A stretch of DNA of 64,000 bases. It comes from Marine Group II euryarchaeote MED-G34. Lineage in GTDB: Archaea; Thermoplasmatota; Poseidoniia; Poseidoniales; Thalassarchaeaceae. Location of the stretch: assembly GCA_002457605.1 (NCBI GenBank), contig NTJT01000002.1, forward strand, positions 10,850 to 74,849. Direction: 5' to 3'. The translations under genes and the position numbers were made by a program. The notes under the pieces are model-generated. The model searched no databases. It was not told where the DNA came from and worked only from the letters and a program-made list of their open reading frames with translations. Shown in pieces: positions 1-8,020 of the stretch (its first letter is position 1; each line of letters begins with the position of its first letter).

Positions 1-248
1 GGCCTCGTAATAATCGCGATCTCGTCAAGCACTATGGCAATGTCCTCGACGAACACCGAATCAGGAAAATCTAGTTCCTCGTCAAGGTGTTCGACCCGGC
101 AACCGAGCTCCTCGAGAATCTCTTCGTAGAGGCTGTGCTGGGCTCGCGCATTTTCGACATCAATCTCTTCGCGCTCAAGAAAGGTCAACTCGCAGACCCC
201 GATGGCCGGACTAACTCCTCTGGTGATTGCTACACGCATTCGCTTCAT
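1..248 (-). CDS. Dimethylarginine dimethylaminohydrolase (DDAH)/amidinotransferase-family protein, N-terminal part only (continues off the window start)
   Basis: Reverse-strand ATG at 248..246. Translation MKRMRVAITRGVSPAIGVCELTFLEREEIDVENARAQHSLYEEILEELGCRVEHLDEELDFPDSVFVEDIAIVLDEIAIITR aligns with the conserved DDAH N-terminus, including the FPDSVFVED block. Open-ended, so absent from the ORF track. Confidence 0.7.
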   Translation of the reverse strand, partial: MKRMRVAITRGVSPAIGVCELTFLEREEIDVENARAQHSLYEEILEELGCRVEHLDEELDFPDSVFVEDIAIVLDEIAIITR

Positions 249-296
249 AGGCAGATAGTCTGAGAACATAAAGTAGCGGAACATCTTCCGTCCTGC

Positions 297-1064
297 GTGG
301 AAACCGGATTGCATGGCAAAGTCGTGCTCGTCACCGGCGGTGCTGGTGGCATAGGTCAGGCCATCTGTAGAGCGTTCGCTGCCGAGGGTGCTCGCGTGGT
401 TGTGCATCATCATTCCTCGACTGACGCGGCCGTATCGTTGGCCAAGGAAATCGATGGAATTGCCATCCGTGCGGATTTGCGCGATGACAAGGAAGCACTA
501 TCGATGGTTCGAAGCATTGTCTCTGAATCAGGAGCCCTCGATATTTGCATCGCTAACGCCGGCCACTACCCCACACCGTCCAAGCCACTTTGGGAAATTG
601 ATAGTGAGCGTTGGGCCTCTACCATTGACTCCAATCTTGGGGTGACAGTGAGCACTGCTCGGGCCTTCCTTGGCTACGCCGCAGAAATTGGCCAAGGATC
701 AATCGTTCTGATTGGTTCGACAGCAGGTATCTACGGTGAATCGGGACATGCTGACTACGCTGCTGCGAAGGGCGCCATCACATCAGGTCTGCTGATGTCA
801 CTAAAGAACGACGTCTCGCAGATTGGTGGTGTCCGTGTTAATGCGGTCGCCCCAGGATGGACTGTCACGCCAAAGAAGGTCGAACATGGGGTCGACGAGG
901 AGCTAGTAGAGCGTGCAACTGCGACGATGGCACTGAAGAAACTCGCTACTCCTGAGGATGTGGCTAAAGCGGTAGTCATGCTATCTTCGGACAAGATATC
1001 AGGGCACATCACGGGACAGGTCATCGAGGTCGCAGGCGGAATGGAAGGACGTTTAATTCCTTGA
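297..1064 (+). CDS. Short-chain dehydrogenase/reductase (SDR, FabG-like)
   Basis: 255-aa ORF with Rossmann motif VLVTGGAGGIGQAI, catalytic Y-x3-K (ADYAAAK) and an NAVAPGW block. GTG start at 297; TTG 309 is an alternative. Confidence 0.9.
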   Translation: METGLHGKVVLVTGGAGGIGQAICRAFAAEGARVVVHHHSSTDAAVSLAKEIDGIAIRADLRDDKEALSMVRSIVSESGALDICIANAGHYPTPSKPLWEIDSERWASTIDSNLGVTVSTARAFLGYAAEIGQGSIVLIGSTAGIYGESGHADYAAAKGAITSGLLMSLKNDVSQIGGVRVNAVAPGWTVTPKKVEHGVDEELVERATATMALKKLATPEDVAKAVVMLSSDKISGHITGQVIEVAGGMEGRLIP

Positions 1065-1069
1065 ATTAT

Positions 1070-1954
1070 TCAGGCTACAGACTCAATTCGAGCCACCTCT
1101 CTAGAGGTGACCAGTGCATCCATCCCACTGTCCGACAGTCGCCACTTAGGGCGTCGTGCCTGTGAGGCAGCCTCGACCATCTCACCATTGCGCAGTTCGT
1201 TGAGGTGGTGGCTCAGCAACTGTCTTGAAATCTCTAGCTTCATTCGGATATCGGTGCCTGAGAGGCCTATGTTGCCTGATTCTGACAGTACCTCGAGTAT
1301 GGCGAGACGAGTCCCGGCGATAGGGTTCCTGATTCGTCCAATTTCCTCCCCAGACAGACTGGAAATTGCATAACGGCGCAGTTTACCATCCCTCCACGAA
1401 ATAATCTGACCAGTCGATTCCAGAGTGTGGAGGTGGTAAGCTGTCACCCCGTTGGCGAGTCCGAGAGCATCGCGCAGTGCGGAGAAGTGGATTCCCGCAT
1501 TCGCCTCAAGATATCCGAGTAGACGGCCGCGGGTGAGCATATCTTCTCGATTGCCCTTCATCCTCGCGAGCATAGGAGATATCAGGGCCACTAACACTGT
1601 CACTTTCACAAACTCAAGTACGAACGATCCAAGAATGAGTGATCCTAGGGCACCCGCTCCTCCAACCAGAAGCCTCTGTGGCAGGGTAGAATCTGAATCT
1701 TCTTCTTTCTCTCCCCGTTCAAGGACAGGCTGTGCTTCCTCAGAGTCTTCCTCGGCGTCAGCGGCTGCAAAGCCCTCGGCGTTCACGGTACCGTCGTCAT
1801 CTATGATTTCGTCAAACGGCGTATTCATCATCCAGCCACCTGCGAGCATAGCAGCTACCGCAAGAGCGGCTACGAGACGGACCGTACGGACGCCTTCCAT
1901 CACTCTGCGCAACCCATCTTCACCTATGACTGCCGTGGTGAATTGGTTTGACAT
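1070..1954 (-). CDS. Membrane-anchored protein with two winged-helix (ArsR/MarR-like) DNA-binding domains
   Basis: 294 aa. Two hydrophobic helices (VRLVAALAVAAMLAGGW; LLVGGAGALGSLILGSFVLEFVKVTVLVALI) flank an acidic loop. Two wHTH-like segments follow (GIHFSALRDALGLANGVTAYHLHTLESTGQIISWRDGKLRRY; GLSGTDIRMKLEISRQLLSHHLNELRNGEMVE). Confidence 0.6.
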   Translation of the reverse strand: MSNQFTTAVIGEDGLRRVMEGVRTVRLVAALAVAAMLAGGWMMNTPFDEIIDDDGTVNAEGFAAADAEEDSEEAQPVLERGEKEEDSDSTLPQRLLVGGAGALGSLILGSFVLEFVKVTVLVALISPMLARMKGNREDMLTRGRLLGYLEANAGIHFSALRDALGLANGVTAYHLHTLESTGQIISWRDGKLRRYAISSLSGEEIGRIRNPIAGTRLAILEVLSESGNIGLSGTDIRMKLEISRQLLSHHLNELRNGEMVEAASQARRPKWRLSDSGMDALVTSREVARIESVA

Positions 1955-2002
1955 TACGTAGTGGTGTTGAATAACAGAACTCTCATCACGAGTCGAGGAG
2001 CG

Positions 2003-3034
2003 ATGGCGGAGGAGTCTGATGTTTCCATTGGTGATGACACCGAGCGCGAGGAGGCGATGCTGACCGCGGCCCGCTCAGTAGTGAGGACGTGCATGCAGGT
2101 GCGACCGCACGAGCACGTGCTGGTAGTAACCGATCCGTCTACTTCTGAGGTAGGGCGCTCACTGTATGAGGCCGCCTCGGAGGTTACTGACCGCATCCTC
2201 ATGATGATGATGCCTCGCAGGCACAGACAGGGTAACGAGCCACCGGCCTCAGTCGGTGATCTGATGCGTCGTCAGAATGTCGTACTGCTCGCCACTCGCC
2301 ACTCCTTGACTCACACCCGTGCACGACTGACTGCATCGCGAGAGGGAGCTAGAATCGCTTCGATGCCAGGAATCGACGAGGAAATGATGGCGATGGGTGG
2401 GATGACCGCCGATTACAACGCCCTGCAGAAGGAGATATCGGGGCTGAACCCAATGCTGCGGCGTAGGCGTGATGTCAGAGTGACGACACCGGCGGGTACA
2501 GATGTGACCTTCAGGACCGGGGCCCGCTGGGTGCTCGAAGACAACGGCATATGCAACCGGCCTGGGCAGGTGACCAACCTGCCGGCCGGAAAGGTCTTCG
2601 TTCTGCCTAAGGAGCAGACCCTGAGCGGTAAAATCGTCATCGATGGCTCATGGGAAGGCATCCTGCTAGACGAAACTCTCACTTTCCTAGTCGAGGAAGG
2701 CATGGTGGTCAGCATTTCCGGTGGCGAACTGGCAGAGAGTGTTGAGTCGGTGCTCGACGAGGCTAAGGTCGGCCTGCGCCCGTCTAGGGCCGGGCTGGTC
2801 AAAACTGTGGCTGAGTTCGGTTTCGGGATGAACTCGAGGGCGAGAATGACCGGAAACAGGCTTGAGGATCAAGTGGTGCGCGGCTCCGCTTACTTCGGAA
2901 TTGGTGACAACTCTGCTCTCGGTGGCTCGGCAAGCGTAGGCATTCACATGCGAGGAGTCATGCTGAAACCAACAATCGAACTGAACGACGTCGACCTTGT
3001 GGTCGACGGCAAGATTACCGCCCGCAAGAGGTGA
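2003..3034 (+). CDS. Aminopeptidase, M29 (AmpS/aminopeptidase T-like) family
   Basis: ORF 1961..3034. ATG at 2003 preceded by GAGGAG is the preferred start. Family-like blocks: TPAGTDVTF..., NLPAGKVFVLP and GFGMN...GSAYFGIGDN. Confidence 0.7.
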   Translation: MAEESDVSIGDDTEREEAMLTAARSVVRTCMQVRPHEHVLVVTDPSTSEVGRSLYEAASEVTDRILMMMMPRRHRQGNEPPASVGDLMRRQNVVLLATRHSLTHTRARLTASREGARIASMPGIDEEMMAMGGMTADYNALQKEISGLNPMLRRRRDVRVTTPAGTDVTFRTGARWVLEDNGICNRPGQVTNLPAGKVFVLPKEQTLSGKIVIDGSWEGILLDETLTFLVEEGMVVSISGGELAESVESVLDEAKVGLRPSRAGLVKTVAEFGFGMNSRARMTGNRLEDQVVRGSAYFGIGDNSALGGSASVGIHMRGVMLKPTIELNDVDLVVDGKITARKR

Positions 3035-3038
3035 TGAA

Positions 3039-3647
3039 TTGCGCGCACTACTCTGGTGCAATGGGCAGCAGCCCCCAGAAACAGTTGTCCAAGGCCTACT
3101 CGAGGGCGCTGTTTGCTTCGGGGTTGATGGAGGGGCTGATAGGGCTGCTGAGGCAGGTTATGATGTCGAACAGGTCCTCGGAGATCTCGATTCTATCGAT
3201 TCCGACAGGTGGCGCGGTCGGACCTACGAATTAGTCGACCAATCGAGCAGCGATCTGGCCAAGTCCCTTTCACTACTCATTGAACGCGGTTACGATGAGA
3301 TCGACGTCGTCGGCTCGGATGGAGGCGCCACAAGTCACTTCCTCGGTAGTTGGGCGGCGTTATGCGAGGCGCCCTCTGGGGCAGCCATACGACTCCACCA
3401 CGAAGACTCGGTGACCCATCGGGTACATCCGCAGGAAGGCGAGCGCGAGTTCGCGGTGCGCTCCGGAGGCGAATTCTCAGTGTTTGCACTAACTCCTTGC
3501 CGTAGCGTGCACCTGCACGGCGCCCGGTGGGAGATGCACGGTGCGCCGATGACCCTGTCCACGGAAGGACTCCACAATGTCGCCTCGGGAGAGTCAGTGC
3601 GCATCAAGGCGGACGGAGTCTTAGTAGTGATAGTCCCGCAGAACTAA
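3039..3647 (+). CDS. Thiamine pyrophosphokinase
   Basis: ORF 2997..3647. LLWCNG...GVDGGADRA...VLGDLDSID matches the TPK GDxDS signature. TTG at 3039 lies 5 nt after an AGGTGA Shine-Dalgarno-like site and just past the upstream stop. TTG 2997 is the longest alternative. Confidence 0.75.
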   Translation: MRALLWCNGQQPPETVVQGLLEGAVCFGVDGGADRAAEAGYDVEQVLGDLDSIDSDRWRGRTYELVDQSSSDLAKSLSLLIERGYDEIDVVGSDGGATSHFLGSWAALCEAPSGAAIRLHHEDSVTHRVHPQEGEREFAVRSGGEFSVFALTPCRSVHLHGARWEMHGAPMTLSTEGLHNVASGESVRIKADGVLVVIVPQN

Positions 3648-4721
3648 TCATTCCTCTTCCACAGCGTGTTGCTTGGGATCGCGGGAGAGCAGGAAGGCGA
3701 TTGGACGCGTCCTCGGATCGGACTCTAGAGCAATTTTCATGATTACAGCCAGAGGAACTCCAAGGACCATCCCCATGACTCCCCACGCCCATCCCCAGAA
3801 GGCCACTAGGAGAAGTAGCACGATGGGAGACATGTCAAGCCTTTGTCCGGCCAGTTGTGGCTCGACCACAGCCCCCCATGCCTGCTGGTTGAGGACCAGC
3901 ACCAGAATGAGTATGACAACCCAAGTCGGGCTCAGTACGATGAAGCCGAGGAATATCGGAGGGATTAGTGAAATCAACGCTCCCACATAAGGAATGAAGT
4001 CCATCATGAAGGTGATTGATGCCCACATAAACCAACCAGGGATGTCGAGGTACCAGAGGACAATCCCTGCGATTACAGCCTGGCCGAAGGCTACGGTAGC
4101 TCTGGTAACGACATAGGTGTTGATTCCCTCTCCAGAGGAGCTCGCTACAGCCTGCACCCTCTCGGCATCCTCTGGGTAAGCTGCCTTCAATCGGCGAGGC
4201 AGAGTTTCGGCCTCAAGGATGATGAAGAGCAAGAAGATGAGAACAGTCACTGCGCTGGCGGTAAAACTCGCCAATGAACCAACGAATCCAGTCAGATAGT
4301 CGTTGATGGTATCCAAACTCAAGAGCGCCGTCAGACCGCTGACGTCGAAGGAGTATCCCCAAAGCTCCAGCCCTTCCAACCAGGTCAGCTTGATGTTGAG
4401 CTTATCAGTCAGCCCAGGTATCTCATCAGTGAACGCAGTCAGGTTGGAGTAGAGTAACTGCGATGCCATCCACATCACTAGGAAAAGAATCGCTACGAGG
4501 ACGCCGTATGGCATCAGTGGGTGAGCGTACTTCAGCATTATCGGACGCTCCTCCAACCACTGTGCAGCGGGCCGGATGAGCAGGAAGAGAAGAGTTGCAA
4601 TCACTAGGGGCTGTATCACCGCTTTGAGTTGGATTATCGCTAGCACCGAGACCATCAGGATGATAGCAATATTGGCTACTGTACCTGAAGGTAAATCCCG
4701 CAGGCTCTGAGTCTCTCCCAT
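3648..4721 (-). CDS. AI-2E family (PerM/UPF0118) transporter
   Basis: Multi-TM protein with family blocks MDFIPYVGALISLIPP and VVEPQLAGQRLDMSPIVLLL...GVPLAVIMKI. The longest ORF (to 4916) overlaps the upstream GT4 gene. ATG 4721 (or 4820) is the more likely start. Confidence 0.85.
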   Translation of the reverse strand: MGETQSLRDLPSGTVANIAIILMVSVLAIIQLKAVIQPLVIATLLFLLIRPAAQWLEERPIMLKYAHPLMPYGVLVAILFLVMWMASQLLYSNLTAFTDEIPGLTDKLNIKLTWLEGLELWGYSFDVSGLTALLSLDTINDYLTGFVGSLASFTASAVTVLIFLLFIILEAETLPRRLKAAYPEDAERVQAVASSSGEGINTYVVTRATVAFGQAVIAGIVLWYLDIPGWFMWASITFMMDFIPYVGALISLIPPIFLGFIVLSPTWVVILILVLVLNQQAWGAVVEPQLAGQRLDMSPIVLLLLVAFWGWAWGVMGMVLGVPLAVIMKIALESDPRTRPIAFLLSRDPKQHAVEEE

Positions 4722-4779
4722 GCTCTCCCCTATCCACGCCAGTGCGACCAGCGCATGAATAATTCCCCGGAGGGGATTT

Positions 4780-6000
4780 TCACTCCGCCCTTTCGTATAT
4801 GGCTTCAAAGCACTCCGCATCGTGCTCGAAGGTGAATTTTTCAAGCACCCTGTGTCGACCAGTCTCTCCCTTCTCTTGCAACTTTTCTGGATTGGCCAGC
4901 TCGGCCATGATGGCACCCGCCATGGAGTCCGGATCCCCCATCACGAACAGCCTGCCCACGCTCTCGTCCACCATCTCTGGCAGCGGCCCGTGGTCGACTG
5001 TTACAACGGGAGTACCCGAAGCCATGGCCTCTAGTGGAATAAGGCCCTGGCCCTCGTAGTAAGATGGATAGACCACGAGGTCGGCGGAGCGGAATAGTGC
5101 CGCCAATTCTTCGAAAGGCATCCCAGACTCAATTGTTACCGCGTCAGCCACACCGAGTGCTCGAGCCTGCCTCTGCAAACGTGAGCGTAGATGCCCCCGT
5201 CCGACAATTACTAGACGGGTCTGAGGGTCCGATGAATGGACATTGGCGAAGGCCCGGAGTAGCAGGCCGTAACCCTTCCTTGCCGCGAGACGCCCCACTG
5301 CCAACAGCAGACGTGAGCCACCATACCTAGATCGAATCTCTTCGTGGACCGCAATAGAATCCTCATCATCACGATGTAGTGGCACGAACATGCTGGTATC
5401 AACACCCCAGTGTACCACTTCACAGTCCCAGTCGGACGGTGGCGAGTAGCGCGCCTCAAAGTCGTGCTTAGTAGCCTCGGAGTTGGCCACACACACACTG
5501 GAGCCATGGATTGCAGCCTTCTCATAACCGGCGTAGTGCTTGGCTGTCAAGAGTATCGCGAGGTCATTTGGGTTGGCCCAGACTGCCGCCTCCTTCTGCT
5601 TTGAGGCGGCAACCAAACCATCCCTCTCGCCTAGCCATGAGCCGTGCAGCGAGCAGACCACCGGAGCAATGTTTTCCCGACAACTCTCGAACTGCTTGAC
5701 ATTCCACGATATCATCGGGCAGTGTAGGTGGACGACATCTACTCGGTCGTTAGCGTGCAGGCGCTTCAACGCACGCATCGCACTGCGACCGTAAGAGCGT
5801 GTGAATGCCATTGGGATGGGGGTCCACCCTACACTCAGCACCTCGACACCTTCGACTCTTGGCGCCACACCTCCTCCCGATCGGGTGATAATGGTGATTC
5901 GGTGTCCTCTAGCGGCCAGAGCGGCAGATAGGTGGTACACCGTAGAACCCATCCCGCCCCAGCGAGGCGGATATTCGGCTGACAGCATGGCTATGTGCAT
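4780..6000 (-). CDS. Glycosyltransferase family 4 (GT-B fold)
   Basis: 406 aa. N-terminus MHIAMLSAEYPPRWGGMGSTVYHLS; C-terminal E-x7-E region YPSYYEGQGLIPLEAMASGTPVV. Confidence 0.9.
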   Translation of the reverse strand: MHIAMLSAEYPPRWGGMGSTVYHLSAALAARGHRITIITRSGGGVAPRVEGVEVLSVGWTPIPMAFTRSYGRSAMRALKRLHANDRVDVVHLHCPMISWNVKQFESCRENIAPVVCSLHGSWLGERDGLVAASKQKEAAVWANPNDLAILLTAKHYAGYEKAAIHGSSVCVANSEATKHDFEARYSPPSDWDCEVVHWGVDTSMFVPLHRDDEDSIAVHEEIRSRYGGSRLLLAVGRLAARKGYGLLLRAFANVHSSDPQTRLVIVGRGHLRSRLQRQARALGVADAVTIESGMPFEELAALFRSADLVVYPSYYEGQGLIPLEAMASGTPVVTVDHGPLPEMVDESVGRLFVMGDPDSMAGAIMAELANPEKLQEKGETGRHRVLEKFTFEHDAECFEAIYERAE

Positions 6001-6105
6001 GGTTCCCCCTTATTCGGGGCTCAGCACCCGCATTTCAAGAGCGCGACCTCTGGGCAGCGCTTCGCATTGTTCAAAACGAGGTCTTTGGTCGTCGCCTTCG
6101 ATAGC

Positions 6106-6837
6106 ATGGCCGACTCCCTACCAGTTCACGTCACTGTGGTGATACCAACGCGCAATGAAGAAGCCGCCATCGTGGACACAATTCGCTCCATTCCGAATGA
6201 TGGTTGGTGCGAGAAACTAGACTTCCTCATTATCGACGGCAACTCGACCGACCGCACTAGGGAGCTCGCCGAGGGCGAGGGAGCGACTGTGTACGTCGAA
6301 CCTAGGAAAGGATATGGTAGAGCGTACAAGACAGGATTCTCAATGGCTCCAGGGGATGTCATTGTGACTATGGATGCGGACTGTACATATCCCGGGGAAG
6401 AGGTTCCTGGACTGGTGCAGAAGCTACTCAATGATGATCTGCAGTGGATTACTTGCGACAGGTTGCGGCGGGCTGAGGAAGGAGCGATGCCTGGAATCCA
6501 CGGCTTTGGTAATTGGGTTCTGAGTACAACTGCAAGTCTACTCTACTGGTATGGTGTGCACGATTCACAAAGTGGTATGTGGGTGTTCCACAAGTCGATA
6601 TTTGAGGACGAGCGTGTGCGCCCCAAGCACGATGGTATGCCACTTTCTCAGGAGTTCAAAATCAGGGCACGTCGGTATCTGGGTAAGAAGAATACAGCTG
6701 AGGTTAGTGTCCCTTACCGTCCACGTGTCGGCGAGGCGGAAATCAACACTTGGGGAGATGGTTTGCTCAACCTACGATTCCTCTTCACCCATAGGCTAGG
6801 GCTAACTCGTCAAGTCACGCCCTGGGGCCCAGAGTAA
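6106..6837 (+). CDS. Glycosyltransferase family 2 (dolichyl-phosphate hexose transferase-like)
   Basis: VTVVIPTRNEEAAI, IIDGNSTDRT and VTMDADCTYP (DxD) motifs. ATG 6106 preferred over the longer ORF from 5995, which would overlap the divergent GT4 start. Confidence 0.85.
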   Translation: MADSLPVHVTVVIPTRNEEAAIVDTIRSIPNDGWCEKLDFLIIDGNSTDRTRELAEGEGATVYVEPRKGYGRAYKTGFSMAPGDVIVTMDADCTYPGEEVPGLVQKLLNDDLQWITCDRLRRAEEGAMPGIHGFGNWVLSTTASLLYWYGVHDSQSGMWVFHKSIFEDERVRPKHDGMPLSQEFKIRARRYLGKKNTAEVSVPYRPRVGEAEINTWGDGLLNLRFLFTHRLGLTRQVTPWGPE

Positions 6838-6888
6838 CGAATCTAGGGTACTCAACTTACTGTCTTCGATAAGATGGACCAGTACTAG

Positions 6889-7641
6889 TCAGTACACGCC
6901 AGAGTGCTGCTGCATCCTTCCATACCAACCGGACACGACTTGATGACTCTCGACTATGTCGAACCCATTCAGCCCCTGCATCGATCGAAGTATCCCGAAG
7001 TTAGCATAGTCCGCTCCATTAGGCTCTTTCTTTCCGAAGAAGTCCCCCTCGATCGCCTTGGACATCTCGTCTAGTTGGTACTGGAGATTCTCACGAGGCG
7101 GGAGCTCGAACATCTTCGCTCTGCTCTTGCCAACCATGCGCATGATGAAGGCCCCTAGCCACTTGTTAATCAGGCGGCTGCCAAACGAGAAGTTGTCAAC
7201 CTTGGTCACGTAATCGAGGGCCTGGAGAGAGGTCCTGTACGAGGTGTAGATTACTGCGACGATAGACTTCCCTAGGATCTTGTTGGAAAAGTCCATCCAC
7301 CGGTCCTGATCGGGGTCCTCGCCTATTCTCGGGAACGAGTCCGAGTCATTGGAGTCGATGTAGTGGAGGATGTAGTTCGAGTCATTCACCTGAGTGCCAT
7401 CGACGTCGACGAAGACTGGAACCATGCCCCAGTCAGACCACTTCAGTTGCGTCTTGAAGGTAGGGTCGACCTCGACCTTTGAGTACTCGATATCCCTAGA
7501 TCCTAAGAGCGCCTTGACCTTGAAGCAGAACGGACAGGTCTCGAAGCAATACATCGTTGGGAGGCCGTTAACTACCCTTTCGGGAACCAGAACCTTCTGC
7601 ACCCCCGAAGGCGGTTTCTGTTCAACGGAGACCTCTGTCAC
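6889..7641 (-). CDS. Glutaredoxin/GST N-terminal-domain protein (glutaredoxin 2 / PGES2-like)
   Basis: 250 aa with a thioredoxin-fold CPFC active-site motif (CFETCPFCFKVKALL) followed by a GST-C-like helical region. Confidence 0.65.
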   Translation of the reverse strand: MTEVSVEQKPPSGVQKVLVPERVVNGLPTMYCFETCPFCFKVKALLGSRDIEYSKVEVDPTFKTQLKWSDWGMVPVFVDVDGTQVNDSNYILHYIDSNDSDSFPRIGEDPDQDRWMDFSNKILGKSIVAVIYTSYRTSLQALDYVTKVDNFSFGSRLINKWLGAFIMRMVGKSRAKMFELPPRENLQYQLDEMSKAIEGDFFGKKEPNGADYANFGILRSMQGLNGFDIVESHQVVSGWYGRMQQHSGVY

Positions 7642-7809
7642 GACAATGCACCATAACTAGCACTTGTGAATCCATCGAAGCGGCACTGTCATCTCTTATT
7701 GCCGAACTAGACGTTATTCTTTGATTCATTGGGTTTTCAGTGGGCCTGATGCAGAGGTGACTCAAGGACCCAAGTCGCTTATCATGGATATGCTGATGAT
7801 TACTGCTTG

Positions 7810-8013
7810 ATGGACCGAAACCTGGACCTACAAATCGCCGCCCTGATTTTCATGAGCGGCACGCAAGCCCTAGTCTCCGGTTCCGAGGAAGGAGACGTAG
7901 GAACGACGAACGCCCTTACCCTAGAGGAGGAGGATACCGAGGAAACGATCCCCGCCCCGAGGCCGCGTAACACCTCGTTCCCGCCATTCCGACCCATAGG
8001 GCCGACAGTCTGA
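7810..8013 (+). CDS. Possible small secreted acidic/proline-rich protein (hypothetical)
   Basis: 67 aa from ATG 7810, with a signal-peptide-like N-terminus (LQIAALIFMSGTQALVSG). The stop lies 7 nt before the ATG of the next gene. No recognisable family, so weak. Confidence 0.25.
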   Translation: MDRNLDLQIAALIFMSGTQALVSGSEEGDVGTTNALTLEEEDTEETIPAPRPRNTSFPPFRPIGPTV

Positions 8014-8020
8014 GCAGGAA

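Noticed and set aside
7793-7846. Possible C/D-box sRNA (CTGATGA at 7793-7799, TGATGG at 7808-7813, CTGA at 7843-7846)
   Set aside because: The spacing does not fit. Only 7-8 nt separate the C-like and C'-like boxes, which leaves no room for a 12-nt guide plus a D' box. No terminal stem is evident.
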